NCBI GenBank assembly: GCA_963847445.1
Contig: CAWJZV010000007.1
Span: 256,001-320,000 of the forward strand
Length of the DNA stretch: 64,000 nucleotides
Source: an uncultured delta proteobacterium
Lineage (GTDB): Bacteria > Desulfobacterota > Binatia > UBA9968
Reading direction: 5' to 3'
Shown here: piece by piece, positions 53,639-63,708 of the stretch
How positions within the stretch are numbered: the first letter of the stretch is position 1
How the letters are laid out: each line of letters starts with the position of its first letter
Made by a program: the position numbers and the translations under genes
Notes under the pieces: generated by a model
Told to the model about the DNA's origin: nothing
Seen by the model: only the letters and a program-made list of their open reading frames with translations
Databases searched by the model: none

Positions 53639-55165
53639 CTAGAACGGGTAGCGCCAGTTCAAACACATCCACCCGTACCGCCGGCCATTGCGGCAGTACC
53701 GGCTCCAGTCATTGCTGCCGACACAGCCCCAAGATTATGCGCCGGTTGACCTACGCGCGTTGTCCAGGTTCGAGGCATCGTACCACAACACGCTTCCGCC
53801 AACGCTCATGCGCGGCGCAATGAAGTACCACAAATCCCACTCACGCAGCAGGATACGGTTGCGGTGGAAATCGCCGCTGTTGAGCGTTCCCGGCGCAGGG
53901 TATGCCGGTGCTGCCGTTACAACCCACCGACACATCCGTTCGCTCAAAGTGCGTGCCCACCAGGATCGATCCCGTCGTCGTCGCCGACCCGGTCAACCAA
54001 CCCTTCGGGCTCCACAGAAACAGATCGTGACCGATCAGGAAAACGCTACCTTTCTTCTGGCCTTTGCCAGCACCGCTACGTTGCCGTCGATGCCGGTGCC
54101 CCGATCCTCATGACTCTGCCAGACGCGCATTGCCCGCAACGTGTATGGGCCGATGTTCCACACCAGACCGGGACCATGCTGAACAGCTCAGACCGTCACC
54201 GACCGAGTTGGCGCCGGTGTCGAACAGCGTCTGCCTGCGTCGCCACGGCTGTTATCGCGAACTCGCATGCGGTTACAGCCGTTTGCCAGCGCCCGGTTAT
54301 CCGAGTTACAGAACCAGGCGCCGTACTCAAACAGCAACCCTCTTATCCATTTGTTCTTGACCTGCGACATAGGCTCAACGCTCACGTAGGCATGGAAGTC
54401 TTTTCGGTCGGTGTTGACCTGCACGCCGTCGCCGACCTTCGCCGTAGGCGTTCATGCCGACTTGCAACCGGCGGATGCGACCGGGAATGCCGATGCTGCT
54501 CGGAGAGCGATCGTCCTCCCAGGTGAGACGTCATACCGGAACTCGCGCTGCCGGTGTTAAAACCTTGGTTCGCGGTGAACAGGTCGTACTCGGCCTGGGC
54601 TCCGATGCCACCCGAACCCTGGCGCGACAGGCTGGCCGGACCTGAATTCGTCGTGTCCATGCCAAATCCTACGTCGGCAGCCAGGGGTTTAGATTTTCGG
54701 CATGAAAGTAAATCATGCCGCGCTGTAAGTCGGCATTGCCGCCAAAACCGTCAAGGTCGAGACGCCAGTCGATCTCCCACAGACAGTTGTTGACGCACAG
54801 ATAAAACTCCGGCCGGAAGCGCCGGCCTTCCAACTCGCCCTGGCTGCGCCCCTACTTGGTCGCGCCCGCTCTAGGAAATTGTAGCGCATATGCGCTTCAA
54901 ACGAATGGCGGAACGACCAGGACTTGTCCGCCGCTTCGATCAACATGCCATTGCCCGGACGATATGAAAATGACGGCATCGCTGCCGCCGCCGCGGTCGC
55001 CTCTTTCTTCAGCTCGATCTGCTGCTCTTTTAGCTGTGAAAGCTCCTGCTGAATAGCGTCGATTCGACTGTCCACCTCGGTCTCGCCAAACGATCCATCC
55101 GGTAAGGTAAACCCCACACCGATCATCCCCGCAAGCATAAACGCCGATGCCAATTTTCTCATCAT
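53639..55165 (-). CDS. Putative outer-membrane beta-barrel/porin (OprO/P-like architecture), many frameshifts
   Basis: GGGAGG RBS, signal peptide, coiled coil (IQQELSQLKEQQIELKKE), SYRPGNGMLIEAADKSWSF, amphipathic strands (WDLWYFIAPRMSVGGSVLWYD), C-terminal NWRYPF. Confidence 0.7.
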
Positions 55166-55341
55166 ATACCTCCCAAAATTTGTTTCGCTGCTAATAGGCA
55201 CACCCTTGCTGTCGTCATTACCAAGTGAACACACACTCGCGGAGGACGCTTTGAGCCACACCAATGCATCGCGGCACGATCGAGACCTTGCCGCTTGCTC
55301 TACGCTTGAAAAATTAAGGTCAAAACGTCGTGAGGCTATGG

Positions 55342-55358
55342 AGCAACTGCCGTGCCCA
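55342..55358 (-). promoter_or_regulatory. Putative sigma-54 promoter of the porin-like gene
   Basis: TGGGCACGGCAGTTGCT, near-consensus GGCAC-N5-TTGC. Confidence 0.7.
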
Positions 55359-55443
55359 AGGAGGGATGTCAGTAGAAAGCTAGCTCAAACAGCAACTTAG
55401 TAATCACTAACCATCACTGAGAATGCGATTAGAGTTACTCAGG

Positions 55444-55532
55444 TGTGAAGTAATTTTACAGGTTGAAAGTTTGTGTGCAGATAATTTACGAACGCCTAGT
55501 TTGCCAATGAGTCACTGTGAACAAACGTAACA
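55444..55532. promoter_or_regulatory. Three 17-bp enhancer-like boxes
   Basis: TGTGAAGTAATTTTACA (55444), TGTGCAGATAATTTACG (55474), TGTGAACAAACGTAACA (55516). Confidence 0.55.
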
Positions 55533-55689
55533 ATATTCCGCGCCGCTCACGCGTTGCAGATCATCAAAAGCACCGGATGAGCATGCTCGGAGCGCCGCTG
55601 GCCTTGGTGATAATGGCGGAAACCGCCGAGCGGCCGTCGTTCAGCTTGGCGTAGAATTTCTGCGGGTAATCTTGGTCCTATAAAGTGGT

Positions 55690-55995
55690 TTAGCGTGACC
55701 GGTCATCTTCGGTTGATTTGGCTCGTGTGTCATTCTTCTGGTTCTTATGAAGAATGGCGATAAAGATCAGGAGTAAAGAGAGAAATCTGACAAAATAAAA
55801 AAATGGCCGCCCCTCGTTTGGATCGCTCGTCAATGCCAGTGCTGCCCGATTGATTCCTTCGATGACAAAGGAGACGGCGAAAAAGAGAAAAAATCGGTCT
55901 CGTGTATCTCTCCAGAAGCGCAGGAAAAACAGTCCGGCCACCAACGACGCAGTTGAGATTGCACCCAGTAACATCAGATCCATATTTTGCCTCAA
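55690..55995 (-). CDS. DUF5985-family membrane protein
   Basis: GLFFLRFWRDTRDRFFLFFA..F...RFLSLLLIFIAILHKN. Confidence 0.75.
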   Translation of the reverse strand: MRQNMDLMLLGAISTASLVAGLFFLRFWRDTRDRFFLFFAVSFVIEGINRAALALTSDPNEGRPFFYFVRFLSLLLIFIAILHKNQKNDTRAKSTEDDRSR

Positions 55996-56249
55996 TCAGC
56001 GTCCCAGATTAGCCCGTACAGCAGCACCATCATCGCGAGCAGCGCGCATATCAACCGCCAAGTAAAGAGATTGACTTCCGGGAGGAACAACTTATCAGCA
56101 ACCAACAATGCGTTGTTGAGTGTTAAACCGAAAAAACACAACCCGCCCCATAACAGGAGCTTATAGCGACTACGGTAATAACCTCGCAGCAGTAGCAACG
56201 AACAGAACAGAGCTGTCAAGGCACAGAGGGTATAAGAGAGAGCGGCCAT
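55992..56249 (-). CDS. DUF5985-family membrane protein
   Basis: YTLCALTALFCSLLLLRGY...LLLWGGLCFFGLTLNN...YGLIWD. Confidence 0.75.
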   Translation of the reverse strand: MAALSYTLCALTALFCSLLLLRGYYRSRYKLLLWGGLCFFGLTLNNALLVADKLFLPEVNLFTWRLICALLAMMVLLYGLIWDAD

Positions 56250-56251
56250 AG

Positions 56252-56644
56252 CTACTTATCCTTTCTCAGCCTGAACGCGTCTGCGAACTCTTGGATTCTC
56301 ACTCTCGGCTTCGAGTGAATCAGGTTACTGACCGGCACCAGATGTTTTTTGTAAACTTCCGCGACTCGATCGACGCTCTGCTGAAGTTCGAGGGACTTTG
56401 GCTGATATCGGTAGCTCGGATGTTCGCTTGAGCTAGTCGTTAAAAACCCTTCCGTGCAAAGATGATCCAGTATTTTGGCTGTCTGTTCTTCGGCGATGTA
56501 AAGTCTTTTCGCTAAACTCTCGCTGGACCACAATACTGCCGGATTGCTGCGCAGCAGGAGCACTGCCTCCATCTCTGCTACAGAGTCGATTTTTTCAAGT
56601 ATGAATTGCTCTATTTCCTCTGGGATTGCTTTGTCGCTCATCAA
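56252..56644 (-). CDS. Hypothetical winged-helix-like protein associated with the DUF5985 pair
   Basis: FILEKIDSVAEMEAVLLL...WSSESLAKRLYI...IQEFADAFRL. Confidence 0.7.
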   Translation of the reverse strand: MMSDKAIPEEIEQFILEKIDSVAEMEAVLLLRSNPAVLWSSESLAKRLYIAEEQTAKILDHLCTEGFLTTSSSEHPSYRYQPKSLELQQSVDRVAEVYKKHLVPVSNLIHSKPRVRIQEFADAFRLRKDK

Positions 56645-56791
56645 TTATCCTAAAGGCAATGCCCATTTCGGGAGTCGAAACTTTGAATTGTCCGCTCACG
56701 CAAGTTGCACAGTATAGAATTTGGCCGAAGGTTATCGAGAAATACTCCTGCGCTATAGAATGGCAAGGCTGATCGTGGATTGTGATGCATC

Positions 56792-57344
56792 TTACTTTAA
56801 TCCGGCATTGGACCTCAACAGTTCTCTGAACTGCTTGTGCAGCTTGGTTATTTTCGGCGGAATCATGTACTGGCAATAGCCCTGCGACGGATTGTTGGCG
56901 TAAAATTTCTGATGATAGTCCTCGGCCGGGTAGAATTCTGTGAGCGGCTCCAAGGTGGTCACGATAGAGTTCTTGAACGTCTTGGCCTCGTCCAGCTCTT
57001 TGATAAACGCCGCGGCTTCGGCTTTCTGCGCCTCGTCCGCGTAGAAAATCGCCGAGCGGTATTGTGTGCCGACATCGTTGCCCTGGCGGTTCAACGTCGT
57101 TGGATCATGGGTGGCGAAGAACACCGTCATCAAATCGCGAAAGGAAACCTCCGCCGGGTCGAATTCGATCTTGATCACCTCGGCATGGCCGGTGTTGCCC
57201 ATGCACACCTGCTCGTAGGTGGGGTTCTTATTCTTGCCGCCGGCGTAGCCGGAGACAACTGACATGAACCCCGCGCAGCTCGTCGAACACCGCTTCGGTG
57301 CACCAAAAACAGCCGCCGCCAAATACCGCTACTTGATTACTCAT
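56792..57344 (-). CDS. msrA: Peptide methionine sulfoxide reductase MsrA (frameshift near 57275)
   Basis: GGGCFWCTEA, SGYAGG, GNTGHAEV, HDPTTLNRQGNDVGTQYRSAI, AEDYHQ. Confidence 0.95.
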
Positions 57345-58305
57345 TTTCCCCCCAGTTCTTGGTTGACCTCGCGCTGCAACGTGAAGTCGAATATTTTTGC
57401 CGGCGCGATCGGCGCCGTCAGACCGAGAATTTCCGCATCGCCTTTAAGATGTTCGGCAATCTCGGCATCGCCGGGAATTCCATTAGTCGTAAACGCCCCA
57501 CGCGACAGCCGGTAGGTTTCCAACGCCGTGTTGATATCCACGTTCAAGTACTTCGCCAATATTTCCGCGGTGCCCTTTTCATTCTGGTGAAAATAACGGT
57601 TGCCCTTGGCCCGCGCCCGGAGAATCTTCTTTCACCAACGGATCGCGCACGTTTTTATCCAGCACCGCCAGGCCGTTTTGCAGACTGGTGAATTCATCAA
57701 TGGCACTGGCCAAGATATTCATCTTATATTTATCGCGGGCGACGATGACAATCGGCGGCGAGAGAATGCCGACCTGAATCGAGCCGTTGACCAGCCCTTG
57801 CAACTGCGTCGGCACGTCGCCGCCCAACACCACAGTGACATCCTTGTCCGGATTGAGCCCGGCGCGCCGGAGCATGCGAATGCCCGCGGTGTGCTGGCTG
57901 CCGCCCAGGGTGGTTGTCCCCATCACCTTGCCCTTGAGGTCGGCGAAGGTCTTCAATTCCGGCCGGCTGACCAGCCAAAATACCGGCCGGCGCAAACTGA
58001 TCGCCAACACTTTCACCGGCGCACCGCGCGGAATCGCCCGGATCACGCTGCCGACCGAACCGAGCGCATGGACCTCGCCGGAAACCAGAGCGGCGATCGC
58101 CGCGGTGGCGCGCACTTGCACCAGCTGCGGATCGAGCCCTTCTTCGCGAAAGAAGCCGCGCTCCTGGGCAACAAACAAATCGATCGACGCAATGCTGCGG
58201 CTCGAATAGGTCACCACCACCTTTTGCGGCGGTGTCTGTGCCCCGATAAGGCCCGGCGACAACAAAGCTATGAGCACAATCAATGGAACCGGCAAATTTC
58301 ACCAT
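57341..58305 (-). CDS. NMT1/SsuA-like ABC substrate-binding protein (frameshifted)
   Basis: FVAQERGFFREEGLD, DLKGK, GLNPDKDV, IFDFTLQREV. Confidence 0.85.
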
Positions 58306-58508
58306 GCGGCGATATTCGCTTGCGGCTCGCCGAAGTTCAAGCCTGTTAGGGATTAGCCAGCGCTTCTGTGGCAAAAGTTGTGTATACCGCGATTCGAGCT
58401 GTCAAAGCGATCCCGGTCGATCGCCCGGCGGAACACCGCGAATTCTTGACTTCGCCCTATGAACATGATTTTTCTCTAGGTTCCGAAAGAAGTCTGGGAG
58501 GGACCCGT

Positions 58509-59982
58509 ATGGCAAAAATGCTGATAGCCGGTGAGTTGGTGGATTCGGAAAGCAACGAAACCACCACGATCAAAAACCCGGCGACTGGTGAAGTCGTCGA
58601 TAACGTTCCCAAAGGAACCATTAAAGATATCCGGCGTGCCATCGACGCCGCCAAAGGCGCGTTGAAGAAATGGTCGACCATGGCGCCGTCCAAACGCGGT
58701 GCGATTTTGCTCGCCGCCGGTCACACGATTCTTCAACGGGAAAAAGAGCTCGCCACCTTGTTGACCAAAGAACAAGGCAAGCCGATGCGCGAGTCGATCC
58801 TGGAAATCCGCCGCTTCGTCCACACCCTCGATCATTACGGCGGCATGGCGAAAACCATGCGCACCAGCGCGGTCATGCTCGACACCGGCCGCCATGGCTT
58901 GGTCATGCGCAAACCCCTGGGCGTTTGCGGGTCGATTGTCCCGTGGAATTTTCCCAGTTTCGTTAATGGGCAACAAGCTCGGTCCAGCGCTGCTCGCCGG
59001 CAACTGCGTCGTCGTCAAACCAGCCGGCACCACGCCGCTCACCGATCTGGCCACCTGCGAGATCATCGACAAAGCGATCCAAGACGCCGGCGGTCCCAAA
59101 GGGGTTTTGAACTGCGTCACCGGTCCCGGCAGCGTGGTCGGCGAGGAATTACTTGTTAACCCAACGGTTAGAAAGATCGGCTTCACCGGCGCCACCGACA
59201 CCGGGCGCCGGGTCATGCAGTCGGCCGCGGCCGACTTCAAGCATGTAACACTGGAATTGGGCGGCAGCGATCCGATGATCGTCTGCGACGACGCAGATAT
59301 CGATCGCGCCGTCAGCGCAGCTTCGGTGGGCCGTTTCTTCAACTGCGGCCAGGCTTGCCTGGCGGTCAAGCGGCTTTACCTGTTCGACAGCATCGCCGAC
59401 GATTTCATCGCCAAGCTCGCCGAGAAAGCGAAAAAGATCAGCATCGGCAACGGGCTCAAGGCCGGCATTTTAATGGGCCCGCTGCACACCAAAGAACAAA
59501 GACAAGAAGTCGAAGAGCAGGTCGAAGACTCGGTCAAGCGCGGTGGCAAACTGGTCTTCGGCGGCAAACGTCCCACCGGCGACGAGTTCGACAAAGGTTT
59601 TTACTTGCAGCCGACCATCGTCGCCGACGTCGATCCGGCTTCGCGCATGATCCAAGAAGAAGTCTTCGGTCCGGCGCTGCCGATCGTCCGGGTAAAAACT
59701 CTTGATCAAGCCATCGAGCACGCCAACAGCTCGATCTTCGGTCTCGGTTCGTCGATCTGGACGCGCGATATCAATCGCGCCATGTACGGCGCGGAGAACA
59801 TCGAAGCCGGCTACACCTGGGTCAACTCGGCGCAGATCATCTATGACGAACTGCCTTTCGGCGGCGTCAAGCAGAGCGGTCTGGGCAAAGAGCATGGCGA
59901 CGAAGCGATCGAGTACTACACCGATTCGAAATCAGTCGTCATCGCCACCGATGTCGGCGGCGAGATTATCGGCGGCGAATAG
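58509..59982 (+). CDS. Aldehyde dehydrogenase family protein (frameshift near 58955)
   Basis: IVPWNFP, FTGATDTG, LELGG, NCGQAC, EEVFGP, PFGGVKQSGLGKE. Confidence 0.95.
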
Positions 59983-59994
59983 ACCCTGAGGACC

Positions 59995-60053
59995 ATTCCA
60001 GATTACATATTCCAGATTCCAAATTTGGAATATGAAATTTGGCAATCTGGAAT
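59995..60053. repeat. Inverted array of 7-bp repeats (ATTCCAG)x4 / (CTGGAAT)x4
   Basis: Visible in the ALDH - CoA ligase spacer. Confidence 0.8.
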
Positions 60054-60061
60054 TGCGCACC

Positions 60062-61608
60062 ATGAATGTAGACTTACCTGATATCTACAACGCCGCCACG
60101 ACCTTCGTCGATGAAAACATCACGCAAGGCCGTGGCGGCAAAGTCGCGATTTACTACCAAGATCGAAAGATCACCTACCAAGAAGTTTTCGAAAACGTTA
60201 ACCGTACCGGCAACGCGCTAAGCGAACTCGGCATTGAGATCGAGAATCGCGTGCTGGTGATTTTGCCGGACTCGCCCGAGTTCGCCTACAGTTTCTTCGG
60301 CGCCATCAAGATCGGCGCCGTCGCGGTGCCGACCAATCCTTGGATGTTCGCCAAGGATTACGAATATTTGATCAACGACAGCCGCGCCCGCGCCATTATC
60401 GTTCATGAATCGACCTTGCCCGAGATCGAAAAGATCTGGGACAACACGCCTTTCTTGAAACACATCATCGTCGTCGGCACGGCCAAGGGCAAAGCGCTGT
60501 CCTACCAAACTTTAGTCGCCAAAGCCTCGGATAAACTCGAAGCCGGCGAAAACGATCGAAAGACGATGTCTGCTTCTGGGGCTACACCTCGGGCAGCACC
60601 GGCAACCCCAAGGGCGCCGTGCATTTGCAGCATGACATGATCACGATCAGCGATCTGTTCGTCGCGCCGGTGCTGCAGATGAAAGAAACTGATCTGTGCT
60701 TCTCGGCGTCGAAAATGTTCTTCTCCTACGGCCTGGGCAACTCGCTGTATTTCCCCTTCCGCTTCGGCGCCTCCACCGTGCTCTGGCCGGACAAACCGGA
60801 GCCGGAAAAGATTCTCCAAGTCATCGACAAGTACAAACCGACTTTCTTTTTCTCGGTGCCGACCTTGTTCGCGCGCTTCCTGCGCATCGATAAGAAATAC
60901 GATTTCAGTTCTTTGCGCACTTGCCTGTCTTCCGGCGAGCCGCTGCCGCCGGCGCTGTTTCACCAATGGAAAGAACGCACCGGGTTGGAATTACTCGACG
61001 TCGTCGGCTCCACCGAAGCGACCCATGATTTCCTAGCCAATCGGCCCGGGCGAGCAAAAGCCGGCAGCAGCGGCGAGGTGACCCCAGCCTTCGAGGCCAA
61101 AGTCGTCGACGACGAAGGGCGCGAGATGCCCATTGGCGAGGTCGGCAACCTGATGGTCAAAGGCGACGCCACCGCACCGTTCTACTGGAACAAGCATGAG
61201 CAGACCAAACGAATGATGCAGGGCGAATGGCTCAAGACCGGCGACACCTACTACCGCGACGCCGAAGGCTACTACTGGTACTGCGGCCGCTCCGACGACA
61301 TGATGAAAGTCGGCGGCCTGTGGGTGTCGCCGATTGAAATCGAAAATACGCTAATGGAACATCCGGCGGTGCTGGAATCCGGCGTGGTCGGCGACGAGGA
61401 TGCCGACGGTTTACTCAAGCCCAAAGCCTATATTCTGCTCAAGAGTGAGTATAAGGCCAGCGACGCCCTCAAAGTCGAATTACAGAATCACGTCAAGAGT
61501 AAACTCCAGCCCTACAAATATCCCCGTTGGGTTGAGTTCGTCGATGACCTGCCGAAAACCGTGACAGGTAAGATTCAAAGATTCCGCCTACGACCTAACA
61601 AAAACTGA
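60062..61608 (+). CDS. Benzoate-CoA ligase-family acyl-CoA synthetase (frameshift near 60560)
   Basis: YNAATTFVD, YTSGSTGNPKG, SKMFFSYGLGNSLYFP, GSTE, TGD, GRSDDMMKVGG, LPKTVTGKIQRF. Confidence 0.9.
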
Positions 61609-61666
61609 GAATAGATCTGCGATTCTCGCTTCCTCGATTCTCGACGATCTCTGCCAAGGAGTTAAA

Positions 61667-62377
61667 ATGGCCGCCAACATCAAAGAGCTCAAAGAAAATC
61701 TCGCTTACTCGTGCAACATCCTCGCCAACGAAGGCCACTGGGATAACATTCTTGGCCATGTGTCGGTCCGAGTGCCCGGGCAAAACAAGATTCTCATGAA
61801 GCCCCATAGCTTTGGCTTCGAAGAAATTCGCCCGCAGCATATCATTGTCGTCGATATCGAAACCGGCAAGAAGACCGATGGCAAGTACGAGCGCCATTCA
61901 GAAGTCTTTATTCACACCGAAATCATGAAGGCACGCAAGGATGTCAATTGCGTGGTCCATTCGCACCCGCCCTACGCGACGGCATTCGGCGCTCTCGGTC
62001 AAAAACTCCGGCCGATCAGCCACGAAGGTAATATTTTCTACGAAGGGCTGCCGACCTTTGACCACACCACCGCTTTAATCCGTACGCCGGAATTGGGCGT
62101 GGAAGTAGCGAAGAGTCTCGGCAACTGCCGCGGCCTGCTGATGAAGAACCACGGCTCGACAGTCGTCGGCCCGACAATTGAAGTGGCGACCCTCTACGCC
62201 GTCTTCCTGGAAAAAGCCGCGCGCATTCAACTCATGGCCACCGCTTCGGGCGACCCATCTTGGACCAGCGACGCCGAAGCGGCGGTCAAATACGAGCAGA
62301 TCTACACGCCGCACCGACTGGATTCCATGTGGGAATACTTCGTGCGCCGGGCCAAGAAGTTCCGCAAGTCGAGCTAG
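61667..62377 (+). CDS. Class II aldolase/adducin-family protein
   Basis: GHVSVR, EVFIHTEI, VVHSHP, LMKNHG. Confidence 0.92.
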   Translation: MAANIKELKENLAYSCNILANEGHWDNILGHVSVRVPGQNKILMKPHSFGFEEIRPQHIIVVDIETGKKTDGKYERHSEVFIHTEIMKARKDVNCVVHSHPPYATAFGALGQKLRPISHEGNIFYEGLPTFDHTTALIRTPELGVEVAKSLGNCRGLLMKNHGSTVVGPTIEVATLYAVFLEKAARIQLMATASGDPSWTSDAEAAVKYEQIYTPHRLDSMWEYFVRRAKKFRKSS

Positions 62378-62452
62378 ATGGATTTCCTAAAATTGAAGAT
62401 GAGATTTTTACTTCGTTGAAGCTGACAACAAGCGTCTTGTCACTCCGAGCGC

Positions 62453-62580
62453 CAGACTGTGTGAAAGCCCCCGTTCATGGTTCGAGGCTCACCACGAACG
62501 GTTATCAAACATTACAAATCGAGCATACTGTTCGCCCTGAGCCTCGTCGAGAGGCTCCTAAAGAGTCTTCACACAGTCTG
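62453..62580. mobile_element. 128-bp MITE-like element with 13-bp terminal inverted repeats, containing REP-like palindromes
   Basis: CAGACTGTGTGAA...TTCACACAGTCTG perfect TIR; internal CCGTTCATGGTTCGAGGCTCACCACGAACGG and GTTCGCCCTGAGCCTCGTCGA. Confidence 0.7.
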
Positions 62581-62616
62581 TCGCAGAGAAGGGTCTCGTC
62601 TGGTGCCACACGCCTC

Positions 62617-63600
62617 TTACTTGTTGCCGGTCGCCTTGAAGAAGCCTTGCTTGTCCAACTCCGCGACGAAGCGCATGTCCATAAAATCGTCCGGCTTGGA
62701 ATTCTTCGCCGCGGCGTCGCTGACCGCGACATCGGCGATGACATTTTCCATCGCCTTGCGCGTGACATAGGGCGGGTTTTCCAGATACTCGCGGAACTGA
62801 TTGTAGGCGTCGTCCAAAATGTCTTGCTCTTTTACCCGCAGATACTTCTGCATCATCCGCTGTGCTGCGGTTTTGTTGGTTTTAAAGATCTGCACACCTT
62901 CGGCGTAGGATCGAACAACCCGGCGCACGGTGTCTTCGTTGGCTTTGATGTAGCTCCGGCTGGTACCGATCGCTACCGAGACAAATTCCGGCCCCTCCTT
63001 GGCTAGGTTCATGAGTTCGTTAAGCCCAGCCTTGCGCGCCCGGCTATTGGTCGGCGGCGAAACCACGCCCGCGTCGACCTGGCCGGCGATCAGTGCGGTG
63101 AGAATGTTCGGCACTTCCACCAACGGCAGGATCTGATAGTCGTTCTGCTTCAAACCGGCTGTGTTCAATGCAAACAAAGCCGAAGTATGGGTCGAAGAAC
63201 CGATCCGAGTGATGCCAATCTTCTTGCCGCGTAGCTCGGTAATTCGCTTAATTTCCGGTTTGGCCATCAGCGAAAAGACCTGGCGATTGGTCGCGCCGGC
63301 GACGAAGGCGATATTGGCGCCTTTCAGGTTCGCTTGGACCTGGTTCGATCCATCCATATAGGAAAAGGCGATCTCGCCGGCGAGGATTGCTTGGATGCCG
63401 CGCGAACTCGAAGAGATATGCAGCAGTTCGACATCCAAACCGTTCTTTTTGAATATACCTTCCTGCTGCGCCATGAACATGCCGCTTTGGGCGCCGGTAA
63501 CCGCCGTCCAGTTGATCCGCACCGGTATTTGCGCCCCGGCCTGAGCCGATAAGATTAAACTCCACAGCATCACTGCAAGTCTCAAAAATAGTCGACGCAT
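62617..63600 (-). CDS. NMT1/SsuA-like ABC substrate-binding protein
   Basis: EGIFKKNGLDVEL, LRGKKIGITRIGS, FMDMRFVAEL. Confidence 0.88.
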   Translation of the reverse strand: MRRLFLRLAVMLWSLILSAQAGAQIPVRINWTAVTGAQSGMFMAQQEGIFKKNGLDVELLHISSSSRGIQAILAGEIAFSYMDGSNQVQANLKGANIAFVAGATNRQVFSLMAKPEIKRITELRGKKIGITRIGSSTHTSALFALNTAGLKQNDYQILPLVEVPNILTALIAGQVDAGVVSPPTNSRARKAGLNELMNLAKEGPEFVSVAIGTSRSYIKANEDTVRRVVRSYAEGVQIFKTNKTAAQRMMQKYLRVKEQDILDDAYNQFREYLENPPYVTRKAMENVIADVAVSDAAAKNSKPDDFMDMRFVAELDKQGFFKATGNK

Positions 63601-63708
63601 CACTTCTCCTTGTCCTTCGAAGACCGCTAAAAGTGCCATCAATCTAGCAATTCGCCCTGTTAATTCAACTGTTTGGCATGACCGGTAAAGCGTGCTAGAT
63701 AACCGCCC

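Noticed and set aside
24600-56790. Integrative element or prophage explanation for the central block
   Set aside because: No integrase, transposase, tRNA target, att repeats or phage genes were recognised.
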